In this document: positions 17,301-26,041 of the stretch, one piece after another | Position numbering within the stretch: the stretch's first letter is position 1 | Layout: the number at the start of each line of letters is the position of its first letter | IMG/VR virus record: IMGVR_UViG_3300017991_000002 | Location: 124,001-188,000 of that record | Strand: one strand, 5' to 3' | DNA length: 64,000 bases | Program-made: the position numbers and the translations under genes | The notes under the pieces: generated by a model | What the model saw: the letters and a program-made list of their open reading frames with translations, nothing else | Told to the model about the DNA's origin: nothing | The model's database searches: none

Positions 17301-19438
17301 AAATTCGTCATCTCGGCATTGAGACCCTCCGGAGGTAAGTAGACCTGAGCCAATGTTAATGAATTTAAAGGACCTGTCGGAGCCTCTACCAACTCCACAG
17401 TATCGGACTTCCCTTCTACTCGAGTAACACCACCTTCCTGATCCAGGATCAATATATCTCTCCTGGCAAGATACCAATCGTAATCTACCTGTGGCTGAGC
17501 TGTTATACCCAGGGGATTCGCAGGAATGGGTTGATCACCGTTCCCTACTCCCGATCTATTTCCCGGCCTGAAGCTTGGACTGAAGTCAACATAATAAGTC
17601 CCGCCGAGTTTTAAGAATTGCCAGTCGCCCGAACCTGATCCAGGGTTCCCTTCATCAGTAAAGGTCTTGATGTAGGCATACATTACCTTGTAAGTTGATG
17701 AAGCTGGCGGGCCAAATCCTGAACCCTTCCAAACGATGTCGTTTCCGGACACATCAAAGTCAACACCTTCGTACCATTGAGTAGCCGATGGCTGATAATA
17801 TCCCGGCCATCCGTTCGTGGAGTCAGTATTTTTAGTGTCTTCAACCCATGTCCACGATCCTGTATTATCGACCACAGCAATAACACGGCTCACTGGGTTT
17901 GGTGTTAATGTCTGAGTATTTCCCACTCTAACCAATGATGATTCAATCATCGTAGTGCCGGCAACGCCCTCACCACCGCCAGTATAGACTTCTTTGACCG
18001 GCTGCTCAAAGAACTCATGAAGAATTCCACCCTCGAGCGGCGATCCTCCTACTGCAAAGACTGTAAAATTATCAGCATTCGTCCATAGTCCGCAATAAGG
18101 ATCATCATCTTCATGCCCGGTGTCTGAGTCCGTATAGAACTCAATTACTGTCGGTCCTGGGTTGGCCACGGGTAACGCACTGTTATAGCTACTAACTGCT
18201 TTAATCTGCCGCCCACTTGAGGTGTTGTAATTATACACCCAAGCATCAATCGGCGAAGCAGCATATTGGTCCGACCAAAATCCTATATCCTCATTGTCGT
18301 CGGTAGTACTCACTCGAACACTACTGGTCGAGGTACAAGTAGGCGATCGAAGGATAAGAATATCTGATGGAGACAGAGCAAAACAGACATCAAAAGATGT
18401 TCCAGAGGCTGTATAATATGCTGAGTTTATTGCACCGGCTACTGTGGCTGAGTCAACCGATCCAGACAGTCCAGAGACAGCCACCTCAACCCCGTCGATA
18501 TAGATGGTTAATGTGTCGTCCGCTACAGCAATTGTCCCTCCTCCAAAGGACACTGACCCATACACCAAGGGATTAAAACCGTACGTATCGTTAATAGCTG
18601 TACAGGTTATTGAGTCTGTGCTGCTCGGTGAATCTTCAACCGTTCCACTCCTTGGTCGAGGCCAGTAATATGAGAAAGGTTCATTCAACGATCTGCTCGT
18701 CTCGAGGGATCGGGGTACTTCCAACCACGTCGCCACTGGCTTCGTAACTTCATAACCTCTGACGATGGCCTTTCCGGGATCAACCGAGACATCGATCATA
18801 TCGGGGTCTGTGCTTGACTGTCCGTGATCTTCGACCTTCAATCCCTTAACCGCATAATGACCACACTCGTCATATGTCCTACGGGCCATAATGTCTATTA
18901 AATCGGAATACTGTCCCCTTGTTGGGACACTGATTGGAATACCGTCCTCTAACCTGAAGATAGTAATCTCTATTTCCGATTGATTAATTGTCCACTCGGG
19001 TGTAGACTGCAGTCTATGACAACCCGGCTGATTGAAGTTATCATAACCAAGTGCGGGATCCTTGAGGGTATTGTCTTCCACTTCAGTTACAATAACCTCG
19101 TTGAATTTAAGACCGATGACCTTCTCTCCTGTCATAATGGAAGTTATGTCTGTCGGTCCCCACTCATCCAACTCCCAAATATCTCCCCTGGCATATAAAC
19201 TTCCTGCACTAATCCGAGCATTTGTTCCAGAGATCGTTAGGACAATACCTTCAACGATGTCACCGTCATCGAAGATAGCATTGGCAACTCTCTTCTGGCG
19301 TTCTCTTATAATTGTTTGGAGCTGGGTGGCCTCACGGGCCTGAAAAACTCTCCCCGGGATAGCCAGAAATTCTATGTAATTCTCGGCTATCGCATGCTCC
19401 CAATCATTGTAATAAGGTGATCCGCTTGTATCTACCAT
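14348..19438 (-). CDS. Large baseplate/tail structural protein (DUF4815-like)
   Basis: 1696 aa: PYYNDW...PGRVFQAREATQLQ, ARRTYDECGHYAV, PGKAIVRGYEV, DPLAQTF. Confidence 0.8.
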   Translation of the reverse strand: MVDTSGSPYYNDWEHAIAENYIEFLAIPGRVFQAREATQLQTIIRERQKRVANAIFDDGDIVEGIVLTISGTNARISAGSLYARGDIWELDEWGPTDITSIMTGEKVIGLKFNEVIVTEVEDNTLKDPALGYDNFNQPGCHRLQSTPEWTINQSEIEITIFRLEDGIPISVPTRGQYSDLIDIMARRTYDECGHYAVKGLKVEDHGQSSTDPDMIDVSVDPGKAIVRGYEVTKPVATWLEVPRSLETSRSLNEPFSYYWPRPRSGTVEDSPSSTDSITCTAINDTYGFNPLVYGSVSFGGGTIAVADDTLTIYIDGVEVAVSGLSGSVDSATVAGAINSAYYTASGTSFDVCFALSPSDILILRSPTCTSTSSVRVSTTDDNEDIGFWSDQYAASPIDAWVYNYNTSSGRQIKAVSSYNSALPVANPGPTVIEFYTDSDTGHEDDDPYCGLWTNADNFTVFAVGGSPLEGGILHEFFEQPVKEVYTGGGEGVAGTTMIESSLVRVGNTQTLTPNPVSRVIAVVDNTGSWTWVEDTKNTDSTNGWPGYYQPSATQWYEGVDFDVSGNDIVWKGSGFGPPASSTYKVMYAYIKTFTDEGNPGSGSGDWQFLKLGGTYYVDFSPSFRPGNRSGVGNGDQPIPANPLGITAQPQVDYDWYLARRDILILDQEGGVTRVEGKSDTVELVEAPTGPLNSLTLAQVYLPPEGLNAEMTNFRNQRLTMSQINKMRDRVNELEYNTALALMDEQAASGTNPDELAGILSDAFLGFQLADLTYNSGGFQFSACMDHLTRELLLPYTETENDLMTVGIDGSSTYDLINGGHLISAPLDGAEPEVILLQQRYGTGFLNINPYAVYDRDARLFLDPQSDNWIDITQISQIQELPMETRWINVWHDIPAWVTEEEIQILQELWRTGWEENNNFWEGQDQAVTERVTYSTSREIIDEAITYMREIEINIEGKSFQPLMDNIYITFDGQEVDLYNQVGGGPHGGAWPAPGGTRVMADANGEWTAQFLIPSPPTKFAVRTGTRTVEAWDGDSPGQPIGNVNFTASGTKRTIIDTIYRGGIVLRGQDPLAQTFSFDYDVVMTGIGLYFATVAASDSDPVTIQIREVINGFPGPQSFGEIIVKPSDIGTDVDPVYGDIEFKAYFNSPVYLEAFTEYCIVLMSDTNEYNMTIGTLGELDLVSGELVANQPYSVGVLFTSSNNSSWTTEQKSDLKFKIYGAQFDAQGTSTPSGIVLWNNLAVSYTRFVLAVDWLTPVGGRIEWEYSYDAGTTWFPCFPFVVIDAGGPTSGGTPRYRTQLQIRAKIYTDNPRISPLISVDSVFAHTRILDTEGDYISQPVTSIEYNNVRQTAKINTPSGTSVRVFFQQEEGGDWVENILENQRELSSGYYLYEYNYNIDIDEPDIGTAAFRLGGDIPAFPVTISLGVNDTLDVFVDGVQYTGTMTAGTYATTALLAAEINTQLGITVAYAYSTTKILILSPTTGWNLDGGTASSIRLRNFGGSGTAWGAGTLEMAAGEISTVATPVTDKRKYPGSIDFAISAGGTLDYLTAPWYIRVVATNEDGETTVEGGLTGDEAIGPITLDVSNRTIVLTFDKNLTGSTWNPRAKTTGYRIYGAQGTSWALAKTATWVALSDYETGLPAQHVIDGSYIAAETPPSVNTALYDVDYFRARIRLANSLGYEYNTPYVKEFTNAFKSI

Positions 19439-19450
19439 CTTTCTTCTCCA

Positions 19451-20707
19451 TTAAAATTCGATGACGATTTTTATTACTTCGTATTCATCAGATGCCCTGT
19501 TAACAACTCTCCGGTTATCCACTACTTCCAGGATACCGGTCGTTGTGTCCCTTCCTTCTACTTCCAACGGATCGTGACCGACATAGGCCGGTAAAGCATC
19601 AAGATCACTATACCATCCAAACTGTCTGACATCTTCCAATGGAAAATCATCATAATTCAGATTAGCTTCAAGATAAACCCAACGAGCTCCTTCATCATAA
19701 GCATTTACTGACGATACTATTCTCCATTGGGTATCACGATATGTAATCGATCCTCCAGCATGACCTGTCGAAGATGACAATGCAGTGAACCCTAAAGCGG
19801 TACTACCATCCGCTCCTACCTCCACCTTGCTCGTTCCTCCAGGATTAGGGCTGGTTAACTTCACATAATGATCCAGTCCGTCCAAGAAATCCGAGGCAAC
19901 AGTATCAGCAGTGGCATATCCCTTCACGGCAAGAAACTGTGCCTGGTATGCCCCGTTGATATCATTAATAATCGTTGCTATAGGGACTGTTGCCCCCGGG
20001 GTAAGATTTACCACGAAAGAGCCCAGATCGTCAACCTCTAAATCAAAGGTATAATCAGTTGGTGGGCCATTCGTATCAAAACCGGCCCCTTCCGCAACGG
20101 TCCCAGTCAATTCTGCTGCAGTATCAGCGTCGGGTACTACCAGCTCGTTAACATCATATCTCTTATATCCTACAATCTCCTCAACTTCCTCTGTCGAAGG
20201 GGCTGAGGGAGGGGGATCAAGATCATATCCATATTGAACAGTGTCGGCAGCAAATCCGATATCCGCATTGTCATCGACACTGTCCACCATAACCATAGCA
20301 TACTGTCCAGTTGTCGGTGTTTTAATCTTGATGAAAGTATCACTGCCCACTACCTCACTGTAAGCCAACGTTCCAGACCCACCGACTGCAGTCCATCGAG
20401 CATTTATCGTGCTAAGGATAGTCGATATTGTCTGGGATCCTGACGGAAGCGTTACGTCTACTGTATACTCAGGAAGACCGGTCGATGAATTGATATCGAT
20501 CAAGAAAGTGACCGAAGTATCTGTTATCGTAAAGTTTCCTGCCACAGCAGCAACGGTTCCGATCAACTGCGCCTCGTCCCACGGAGTCGTACGACCGACG
20601 CCAAGCCATATGTCTGTCCGCGCTTGAAAAGCGACAGCCCTAAAAACATGTCCGTTTATTGTTGTCGTTGCAACCATGCTACCTCCCGTGTATGTAAAAT
20701 GTGTCAT
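19451..20707 (-). CDS. Baseplate wedge protein (gp8-like) with two inserted domains
   Basis: WLGVGRTTPWDE ... EEIVGYKR ... WVYLEANL...RQFG...NRRVVNRASDEYEVIKIVIEF. Confidence 0.65.
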   Translation of the reverse strand: MTHFTYTGGSMVATTTINGHVFRAVAFQARTDIWLGVGRTTPWDEAQLIGTVAAVAGNFTITDTSVTFLIDINSSTGLPEYTVDVTLPSGSQTISTILSTINARWTAVGGSGTLAYSEVVGSDTFIKIKTPTTGQYAMVMVDSVDDNADIGFAADTVQYGYDLDPPPSAPSTEEVEEIVGYKRYDVNELVVPDADTAAELTGTVAEGAGFDTNGPPTDYTFDLEVDDLGSFVVNLTPGATVPIATIINDINGAYQAQFLAVKGYATADTVASDFLDGLDHYVKLTSPNPGGTSKVEVGADGSTALGFTALSSSTGHAGGSITYRDTQWRIVSSVNAYDEGARWVYLEANLNYDDFPLEDVRQFGWYSDLDALPAYVGHDPLEVEGRDTTTGILEVVDNRRVVNRASDEYEVIKIVIEF

Positions 20708-20723
20708 TTACTTATCCTTTAAG

Positions 20724-21053
20724 CTAAGTAACAGCACTCCAATTCGTTATGTCCGAATTTGTATCTGTAAATCTCATCCTGACATAATATATTTCATAAG
20801 GAGTCATTTCATAACCATTATACTGTATTTCTTCGCTCCTGTCACCATCTGGTACATTATTTATTGGAACCCAATCGGAGTCCCACATCATTCTTCCAGA
20901 GAATCCAGAGTCAGTATTGACCTGTATCTGGCACTCAACCGCTTCATGACCTGCAGTATCATTAAATTGAGCACTGAATGTTATCGGATTTGGTACTTCA
21001 AAACCTGTACCATTTCCGCTTACTTCAACTTCTGTCGGTGCAAGAGATGTCAT
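20724..21053 (-). CDS. Fibronectin type III-like small structural protein
   Basis: P..ITFSAQF...QIQV...WDS...YNG..MTPYEIYYVRMRF.D...WS. Confidence 0.6.
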   Translation of the reverse strand: MTSLAPTEVEVSGNGTGFEVPNPITFSAQFNDTAGHEAVECQIQVNTDSGFSGRMMWDSDWVPINNVPDGDRSEEIQYNGYEMTPYEIYYVRMRFTDTNSDITNWSAVT

Positions 21054-21056
21054 TTT

Positions 21057-23420
21057 TTATCCTTTCAAAGTATAAGCCATATCATATGTCGTGGCCGTTA
21101 CCGGTTCGCTCCCTCCAGGGCTCCAGTCAATATAGAATTTGTGCGGGTACACTGTATCATCAATAACCAACTCCCAATCGGTATGTTCCAGGTAAGAAGT
21201 CCCGCCGGTAAACGTATGAGTTGTCTTATTCCACGTACCACCTTGATTCACTTCAAGAACTGCAGTCACCAGCTTGTCCTGATGAGGCACAAATTCGTCC
21301 TGACCCCCTGCAGCTCCTTTCGTTATTGAGGGGTTCGTAGAACTTCCAGATACCGTAAATATTAAGAGGTTTATATCATCCGGACCTTGAGCATCAAGAT
21401 AAGGAGGTTCACTGTCATAACGATACCCATCGGTCACCCAACAGTCAGTATAGGGATCAGGACTATCACTCCCGCACAAGTATCCGATTGTTCCATTAAG
21501 GTCCGGGTACTGAAGAGTAGCCGACCAGCCTGGTGTTCTTCTCATCAAAGCTGGCAAACCTTCGATGCTCCCCATGTCGATATAAATTCCTATCTCCTCA
21601 AGAACCTCAATACATCCAGATAAGGTAGCACCACTCCCGGAGAGAGGAGGTCCAACGCTTGGGACTATCCCGCATAGTTGATACTTAACCTCAGGCTCTA
21701 CAACAATACCGAGCTCAGCAGCAGGGATATGACCAAAATAAGCCTTGCAGTCTATGTAAATAATGGTGTATTCTTCCCCTAATGAAGGTGCAGAACCTCC
21801 AACAGACCAATCAATGTAATACCTCATCGTCGGGAAGGATGAGTCGTCGGCAACAAACTCCCAATCGGTGCCTCTTACATATTCAGTTCCGCCTTCAAAC
21901 GACAACGTTTCGACATTCCATACTCCTCCGACATTAATAGAGAGGGCCGTTTTGATTTTTCTGAAATAGGGTTCCGTTATCTCATCCTGATCACCCGATC
22001 CTCGTTCCACTGTCGTTGCACTCAGCATCCAATCGTCCCAAACAATGTCATCGACATCCACGTCGTCCTCGCACAAAAATGAAGTAAGCAAGAATGCAAA
22101 ATATACTCGAGTACCGGCCGGGTGGACATTATCAAGAAGCTCGTCCTTGAACTCCGATGGATTGAGTGTTGTTCTGACTTCATAAACTCCATGGTGCCAG
22201 TACTTCCAATCAGTAAAATGGTGACTCTCCGGCTCCGGGACGTAAAGAAAATATCTTATATTGGTTATATCCGTTTTGCCTCTGTGAACTGGATCGTTCC
22301 ATACAAGGGAGGCTTGGGGTATTTCTACGTGATTATTATCAATAACTTTTGCGATCTTAAAGCCCTTTCTGCTTCCTCCTTCATCCGGCATGAGTATTAC
22401 GTGACCCTCCTTAGCCGTTGAGAATATAGGACTGCTCAAATCTTCTAGGATAGTCGGGTCGGTCGAGTGAAGAGTTCCTGAGGAGGAGAAGGTTCTATTT
22501 CCTGGATTCGAAAATACTTCGGTTCCGGACAATGCAGAATGTGAATACTTGGCTATATGAACATATGGCTCGTAGACTTCATCCAAAGTCTCACCTGTCG
22601 TTATCCCAAGCTCTCTTCTTTTCTGCTTTAATGTTCTAAGGATGGAAGGTATTGTTGTTTTTATTTTTAAGACATCTACCCGTTTCTTAAACTCATCCAC
22701 CTGCTCCTCAATATCTTTTGCGGGATTTATAAGACTTCTCAGGAAGTGAAACAGATAAGGTAAAACTTTTTCCGGTGCAATAGAGAGGTTGATCATCTCC
22801 CCAAGCTGACGAATCTTATTTCTCATTTCATCAAGAGTATATGACTTATCAAGCATTTCAGGATCGTAATAAGCAGATGTCTGCTCTGGGGGATAAATCG
22901 TGTCGTAGTCGGGGTCTGTTCCATCATCGATATAAGTGGCCGGAATACTCGTTACAATATACCGCAGAGGGGTCTCGATGTCTCCATAAGGGGTAGGAAG
23001 ATCTCCTACAGGAGGTGTCGGCACCGGATCGCTCCTGTAGATCTTAAACCCCGTAGCCCTTGTACTGATGTAGTTCTGAATTGTCCACTCTACTGAGGAT
23101 GAAGGATTACTTACCTCCACGACCACATAGTCCCCAGAGATACTCTCCCCAGTCAGAGACCCATCATCATACTCTGTTGCTGCCGTAAACCGATAAACAT
23201 ATGTTCCAGCTGACAGGGATCCCGTTCCGGATGACACAGAATACTGCACTATAGAGGGTGCGGGGCATATAGGTCGGCCGGTAAACACCTGAATGAAGCT
23301 TCTTAAATCCTCAGCAGTCAGAGGATTGATAGTTTCAGGGGTTATAGATTTGACACCTATCTTAAGAGTCTCGGGGAGAAGTTCCCATATTACGTCTTCC
23401 AGATTCCACTTTTGTTCCAT
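21057..23420 (-). CDS. Baseplate wedge protein (gp7/P2 gpI-like) with accessory domains
   Basis: NLSIAPEKVLPYL and VHPAGTRVY motifs; lies directly downstream of baseplate J. Confidence 0.6.
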   Translation of the reverse strand: MEQKWNLEDVIWELLPETLKIGVKSITPETINPLTAEDLRSFIQVFTGRPICPAPSIVQYSVSSGTGSLSAGTYVYRFTAATEYDDGSLTGESISGDYVVVEVSNPSSSVEWTIQNYISTRATGFKIYRSDPVPTPPVGDLPTPYGDIETPLRYIVTSIPATYIDDGTDPDYDTIYPPEQTSAYYDPEMLDKSYTLDEMRNKIRQLGEMINLSIAPEKVLPYLFHFLRSLINPAKDIEEQVDEFKKRVDVLKIKTTIPSILRTLKQKRRELGITTGETLDEVYEPYVHIAKYSHSALSGTEVFSNPGNRTFSSSGTLHSTDPTILEDLSSPIFSTAKEGHVILMPDEGGSRKGFKIAKVIDNNHVEIPQASLVWNDPVHRGKTDITNIRYFLYVPEPESHHFTDWKYWHHGVYEVRTTLNPSEFKDELLDNVHPAGTRVYFAFLLTSFLCEDDVDVDDIVWDDWMLSATTVERGSGDQDEITEPYFRKIKTALSINVGGVWNVETLSFEGGTEYVRGTDWEFVADDSSFPTMRYYIDWSVGGSAPSLGEEYTIIYIDCKAYFGHIPAAELGIVVEPEVKYQLCGIVPSVGPPLSGSGATLSGCIEVLEEIGIYIDMGSIEGLPALMRRTPGWSATLQYPDLNGTIGYLCGSDSPDPYTDCWVTDGYRYDSEPPYLDAQGPDDINLLIFTVSGSSTNPSITKGAAGGQDEFVPHQDKLVTAVLEVNQGGTWNKTTHTFTGGTSYLEHTDWELVIDDTVYPHKFYIDWSPGGSEPVTATTYDMAYTLKG

Positions 23421-23432
23421 TATATATTTCCT

Positions 23433-24935
23433 TTATACTTCGCCCGTTACCGTAATAAGGACATTACCGATGAGCGCTATTTCGGTATCTTCGATCGGCA
23501 CATCAGATACGGTTTGTCCTGTTCCATAATCTATGCCATTTGCAGTCATAACAAGTGAATCCAAAGTACTAACTTGAGACAAGTTTACCAGAGCGGCAAC
23601 AAGCTGCTCGAATTCTATATCTTGACCAAAGACAAGCCCATCAACTGAACCCGTTAACCTTTCTTCCTCGGCCGGCGACTCAGCGACCCTAAAAAACTCC
23701 TGGATAGCTTCAGTGACTGATTGGATAACTTCATAGTCCTCATAATCCCGGTATTTTACACAATTAACAGTTATATCTGTAACCACATACTCTGGATCCA
23801 GTATCTCCAGATCGGCCGTTACATACTTCTTTTGATTAACAAGATAATTGTAAACTGCTTCTTTTAGAGCCTGACCTGGGTATCCTTCATTGTCTGGAAT
23901 AACAGCAATTCTTATTTCATAATAACTTATCTCGAAAGAATACAGAGGATAGTCGTTAATATCAAGGACCTTACATTGCTTAATTCCAGGGTATCCCTCA
24001 ACCAGGGCCCGTATATCGAGTCTTGTTATTGCCCTACTATTTGCCTGCACCTCTGCGGGTATTTGTTTTTTGGCGTGGTACAACGATTCTCTATAATTAC
24101 CTCCAGCCAACTCAGATGGATTGGTAACCGATATATTTACTGTCTCTCCCGAGGAGTCGAATATCGTATCAAGAATAGACGTGACTGTCCCTGCTCCTCT
24201 ATTTCCATCAGGGCCATCGGTTAGGATGTATATTATTTCTACTGTCCCGTCCGGTTCTTTTCCTTCAAACCCGTCTCCAAAGAATACGGTAGTCGTATCA
24301 TCAGGATTTAATTGTGTTGTGTAAATTTCCGACTCGCTGCTGTAATTGATGAAGTTATCAACATTCACCCAATTCCTCCCATTTACTTTAACTACGATGG
24401 ATCCTTCAGCAATTTCAGTATCTGATAAAACGTAAGGAGGAGGGTCGATACCTGTATTAAAAGTCAGAGAAGGATCAATTACCGATCCTTGCCATGCCTC
24501 TATATCAACAGATAACTGACCGGCCGGAATGATAGCATCCTCGACAGTCACCAGTGGGATAGGTGATACCGCCGGGGATGAACATCTCGTATACTTCGGG
24601 ATGATAACATTGGCCGTTATCGTCCTGGGGATAGAAAACCTGAGCATTGTTCTTGCTGCTACCCTTGAATTGAATTTGTATCCGACTGACTCGGCAAAAT
24701 AAATACCATGTTTTCTCTCTCGCATCGTCGGTAGATACACTTCATTCAGTCTCCTATCCAACATATAATTCAACATAGCTCCGACGCCACAGAAAGTTTC
24801 CAGAAGGGCAATACCAATATCCGACTCATTAAAGTCTGTCCACCGATCAGTGATTAGGGGGATCTTGGCAATAAGAGCGTCTCTGAGCTCTTCATAGTCT
24901 GTATTTGTGTATGCAACCTTGGCCTTCAGAGCCAT
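23433..24935 (-). CDS. Baseplate J / gp6-like wedge protein
   Basis: DYEELRDALI...WTDFNESDIG.ALLE, FFGDGFEGK.P, RAIT..D..AL. Confidence 0.9.
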   Translation of the reverse strand: MALKAKVAYTNTDYEELRDALIAKIPLITDRWTDFNESDIGIALLETFCGVGAMLNYMLDRRLNEVYLPTMRERKHGIYFAESVGYKFNSRVAARTMLRFSIPRTITANVIIPKYTRCSSPAVSPIPLVTVEDAIIPAGQLSVDIEAWQGSVIDPSLTFNTGIDPPPYVLSDTEIAEGSIVVKVNGRNWVNVDNFINYSSESEIYTTQLNPDDTTTVFFGDGFEGKEPDGTVEIIYILTDGPDGNRGAGTVTSILDTIFDSSGETVNISVTNPSELAGGNYRESLYHAKKQIPAEVQANSRAITRLDIRALVEGYPGIKQCKVLDINDYPLYSFEISYYEIRIAVIPDNEGYPGQALKEAVYNYLVNQKKYVTADLEILDPEYVVTDITVNCVKYRDYEDYEVIQSVTEAIQEFFRVAESPAEEERLTGSVDGLVFGQDIEFEQLVAALVNLSQVSTLDSLVMTANGIDYGTGQTVSDVPIEDTEIALIGNVLITVTGEV

Positions 24936-24948
24936 GACTTTGTCTCCT

Positions 24949-25521
24949 TTATGTTACAGGCTCACCACGCATCTGATACGGGTAAACGTAATTGCTCCTT
25001 ATGTTCGAATTCTTAATAACATAATCAATGCTTATTCCTATCTGTCCATTTTCCCAGAAGTTTTCATCATCCATTATATCCACCCCGACAACTGTTATTC
25101 TTGGCTCCCATCGCTCAAGTGCCCCCCTAACCTCGAGATCAAGCTCGGTCCGTAGGGCATCGTCATAAGGTTCAAATACCAGCAATGGTAACCTGGACCC
25201 GAACGTGGGGACAAAGAATCGTTCTCCGGGCCTGGTGGATAATATCAAGAAAATCGACTGGTTGATCTTATTCTTCCCCCAAGATGCAGAGAGTCCGGAA
25301 ACACCTTGGGCATCTGATGAAAATTCGAAAGGGTAGGCAATACCTTTTCCTATTAAATCAAGAAGCTCTTCATCCAACCGTTTTGGTTTCTCATAATAAT
25401 CCTCCCGATTGTCGTCGATACCTCTTGTTCTGACACCGGGTCGTATCCCACCACTGAGATTAACCCTTCCAATCGTTCTTGTAGGGGGAACTCTTGTGCC
25501 TCTTGTGATCCTTTTTGTCAT
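24949..25521 (-). CDS. GPW/gp25-family baseplate protein
   Basis: INQSIFLILSTRPGERFFVPTFGSRL...LERWEPRI. Confidence 0.92.
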   Translation of the reverse strand: MTKRITRGTRVPPTRTIGRVNLSGGIRPGVRTRGIDDNREDYYEKPKRLDEELLDLIGKGIAYPFEFSSDAQGVSGLSASWGKNKINQSIFLILSTRPGERFFVPTFGSRLPLLVFEPYDDALRTELDLEVRGALERWEPRITVVGVDIMDDENFWENGQIGISIDYVIKNSNIRSNYVYPYQMRGEPVT

Positions 25522-25533
25522 TTTTATTCCTTA

Positions 25534-26031
25534 TTAGGGAGGAGGTGTCCAACTGTCACAAATAAAATCATCCTCAGCTATCTTTAAACCGTCGGGTAAT
25601 CCTGGGATGTAGTCACTCCACTCAACGAGTTTCAACAGGACCTCTATAAGCTTGCTAATGTTCAAGCAACCTGCATCTACGTTAATGGATACTGTCCCCC
25701 CCAAGATCATTATACCGATGTCCCCGATCAGGATCGATATTGCATTTGACGGAATGCTGATGATAATTCTCAACGCTCCAGCCTCGATTCTTATTTGATT
25801 GCCTGAAATATTAACACATATCTTGAGACTTCCATCCTCACTCTGCATACAAATGGTGTTACCCAGGCCATCTATCAGCATTGCCGCAATACCGGCTGAT
25901 GCTGCAAATTGGGCTCCCACTCCTTCGATGTTCAGCTCCACATCTCCTGACGATGCGGATATTGTCTGATTATCCTCGTTAACCGAGAACTGTGCTGCTG
26001 CACTGCCCTCGAATACTTTATGTGTTCCCAT
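25534..26031 (-). CDS. Hypothetical beta-repeat protein between spike genes and gp25
   Basis: 165 aa with alternating hydrophobic beta-strand repeats. Confidence 0.55.
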   Translation of the reverse strand: MGTHKVFEGSAAAQFSVNEDNQTISASSGDVELNIEGVGAQFAASAGIAAMLIDGLGNTICMQSEDGSLKICVNISGNQIRIEAGALRIIISIPSNAISILIGDIGIMILGGTVSINVDAGCLNISKLIEVLLKLVEWSDYIPGLPDGLKIAEDDFICDSWTPPP

Positions 26032-26041
26032 ATGCTAACTC

